A DNA stretch of 63,260 nt, filler included, from Atractiella rhizophila (Eukaryota): assembly GCA_021432655.1 (NCBI GenBank). It is 5 parts of 5 records of this genome, joined end to end, with 100 filler letters (N's around TTAATTAATTAA, not from the genome) between each part and the next. Parts side by side here need not be neighbours in the genome. Positions count along the whole stretch, not along the records: positions 62,197 to 63,260 come from MU271928.1; 4 more parts are not named here. One strand, 5' to 3'. Of the stretch, positions 62,474 to 63,260 are shown piece by piece. A program made the position numbers and the translations under genes. The notes beneath the pieces were generated by a model. It worked only from the letters and a program-made list of their open reading frames with translations, was not told the DNA's origin and searched no databases. The number at the start of each line of letters is the position of its first letter. Within the stretch, counting starts at the first letter, position 1.

Positions 62474-63260
62474 TCACACTACGTTGTCATCTTCCTCGGC
62501 CTCCTCCTCCTCCTCCTGTTGTTGTTGTTCATCGTTAGCTTCCTCGTCCTCGTCGTCATCATCCTCGTCGTCATCATCCTCGTCGTCATCATCCTCGTCG
62601 TCATCAGAGGAATCCCTCGAACTCGGACGGAGGAGCACGTTAAGGTAGCGGACAAAGGGAGACATGACCTGCTCTTCCTTCAGTTCAAGGTACAAAATTT
62701 CAACCAATGGCTAAAGAGGGAACGTGCCTTGAATACCTCGAAAAGAATGTACTTAAACTCCGGTGACAAGACTTCTTCATCTTTGAACCTACACTCAGAC
62801 ATGAATCCATTGCTCATTGATGGGACGGCACATAGCGGCCGTGAAAGGATGGAACGCACGTCATGCTCACTCCCACCGTCTTCAATCTCAACAAATCAAT
62901 ATCCTTATGATCCTTCGTGACTCCCTGCATTTTAGGTGCCTTCTTCAAATAATCCTCGTGCCCAAAAACATTGCATCTCTTCCCTTTCCCCTTCCGTCCT
63001 GCTTTCGCCGGCCCGAAGAACTTGACAAATTTTTCTTCATTGATTATTCGACGGAACTTCTTGTTCTTAACGGGGTCGAGGAAGGAGTGACGTAGCGTGA
63101 CAAGCTCAGAAGAGGGTGGGGACCATCGACCACACGCAAGGAGAGAGCCGTCGCCAGGTTCTATTGGGTTGGGAAGCAAAATTAGAAGTCGGTGATGGCA
63201 GAAAAGGAACGCATACGGATGTGCAGGTAATATCTATGACAGGAAAGAGGATTAGTATTC
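62474..63260 (-). CDS. DUF2461-like conserved protein, 3' part with acidic tail
   Basis: EPGDGSLLACGRWSP, EDYLKKAPK, DHKDIDLLRLK; DDDED repeat at the C-terminus. Confidence 0.7.

Noticed and set aside
62545..62610. 15-nt tandem repeat and the poly-Ser or hydrophobic + strand ORFs over it
   Set aside because: It encodes the DDDED acidic tail of the minus-strand gene; the + strand ORFs are shadows.

Overview
Intron-rich fungal (basidiomycete-like) draft-genome window made of five contigs joined by artificial 100-nt linkers (Ns flanking TTAATTAATTAA). 1-25157 is gene-dense housekeeping DNA: ETF-alpha, a CNT nucleoside transporter, a TDA10/glycerate-kinase-like P-loop protein, MYG1, a Zn2Cys6 factor, a MATE transporter, KGD1, a membrane protein and an RCC1 fragment. 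25258-50251 is a ~25 kb nest of transposons. It contains Ty1/Copia relics with three LTR types sharing one initiator-tRNA-type primer site, a Gag-only LTR element with paired LTRs and a 5-bp TSD, two copies of a gag-less pol-only Copia, and a 7.0 kb CMC/CACTA-type element with CCCTG termini, an unexpected 7-bp TSD and an HMG-box-like accessory gene. 51279-54671 is written backwards without complementation (an assembly artefact). Read right-to-left it restores a GH15 glycoside hydrolase gene and a ZW10/Dsl1-like gene. The rest holds ATP4, hypothetical genes and fragments of AP-2 mu, Rpt1 and a DUF2461-like protein. All calls come from manual reading and motif recognition; no database searches were run and exon boundaries are approximate.
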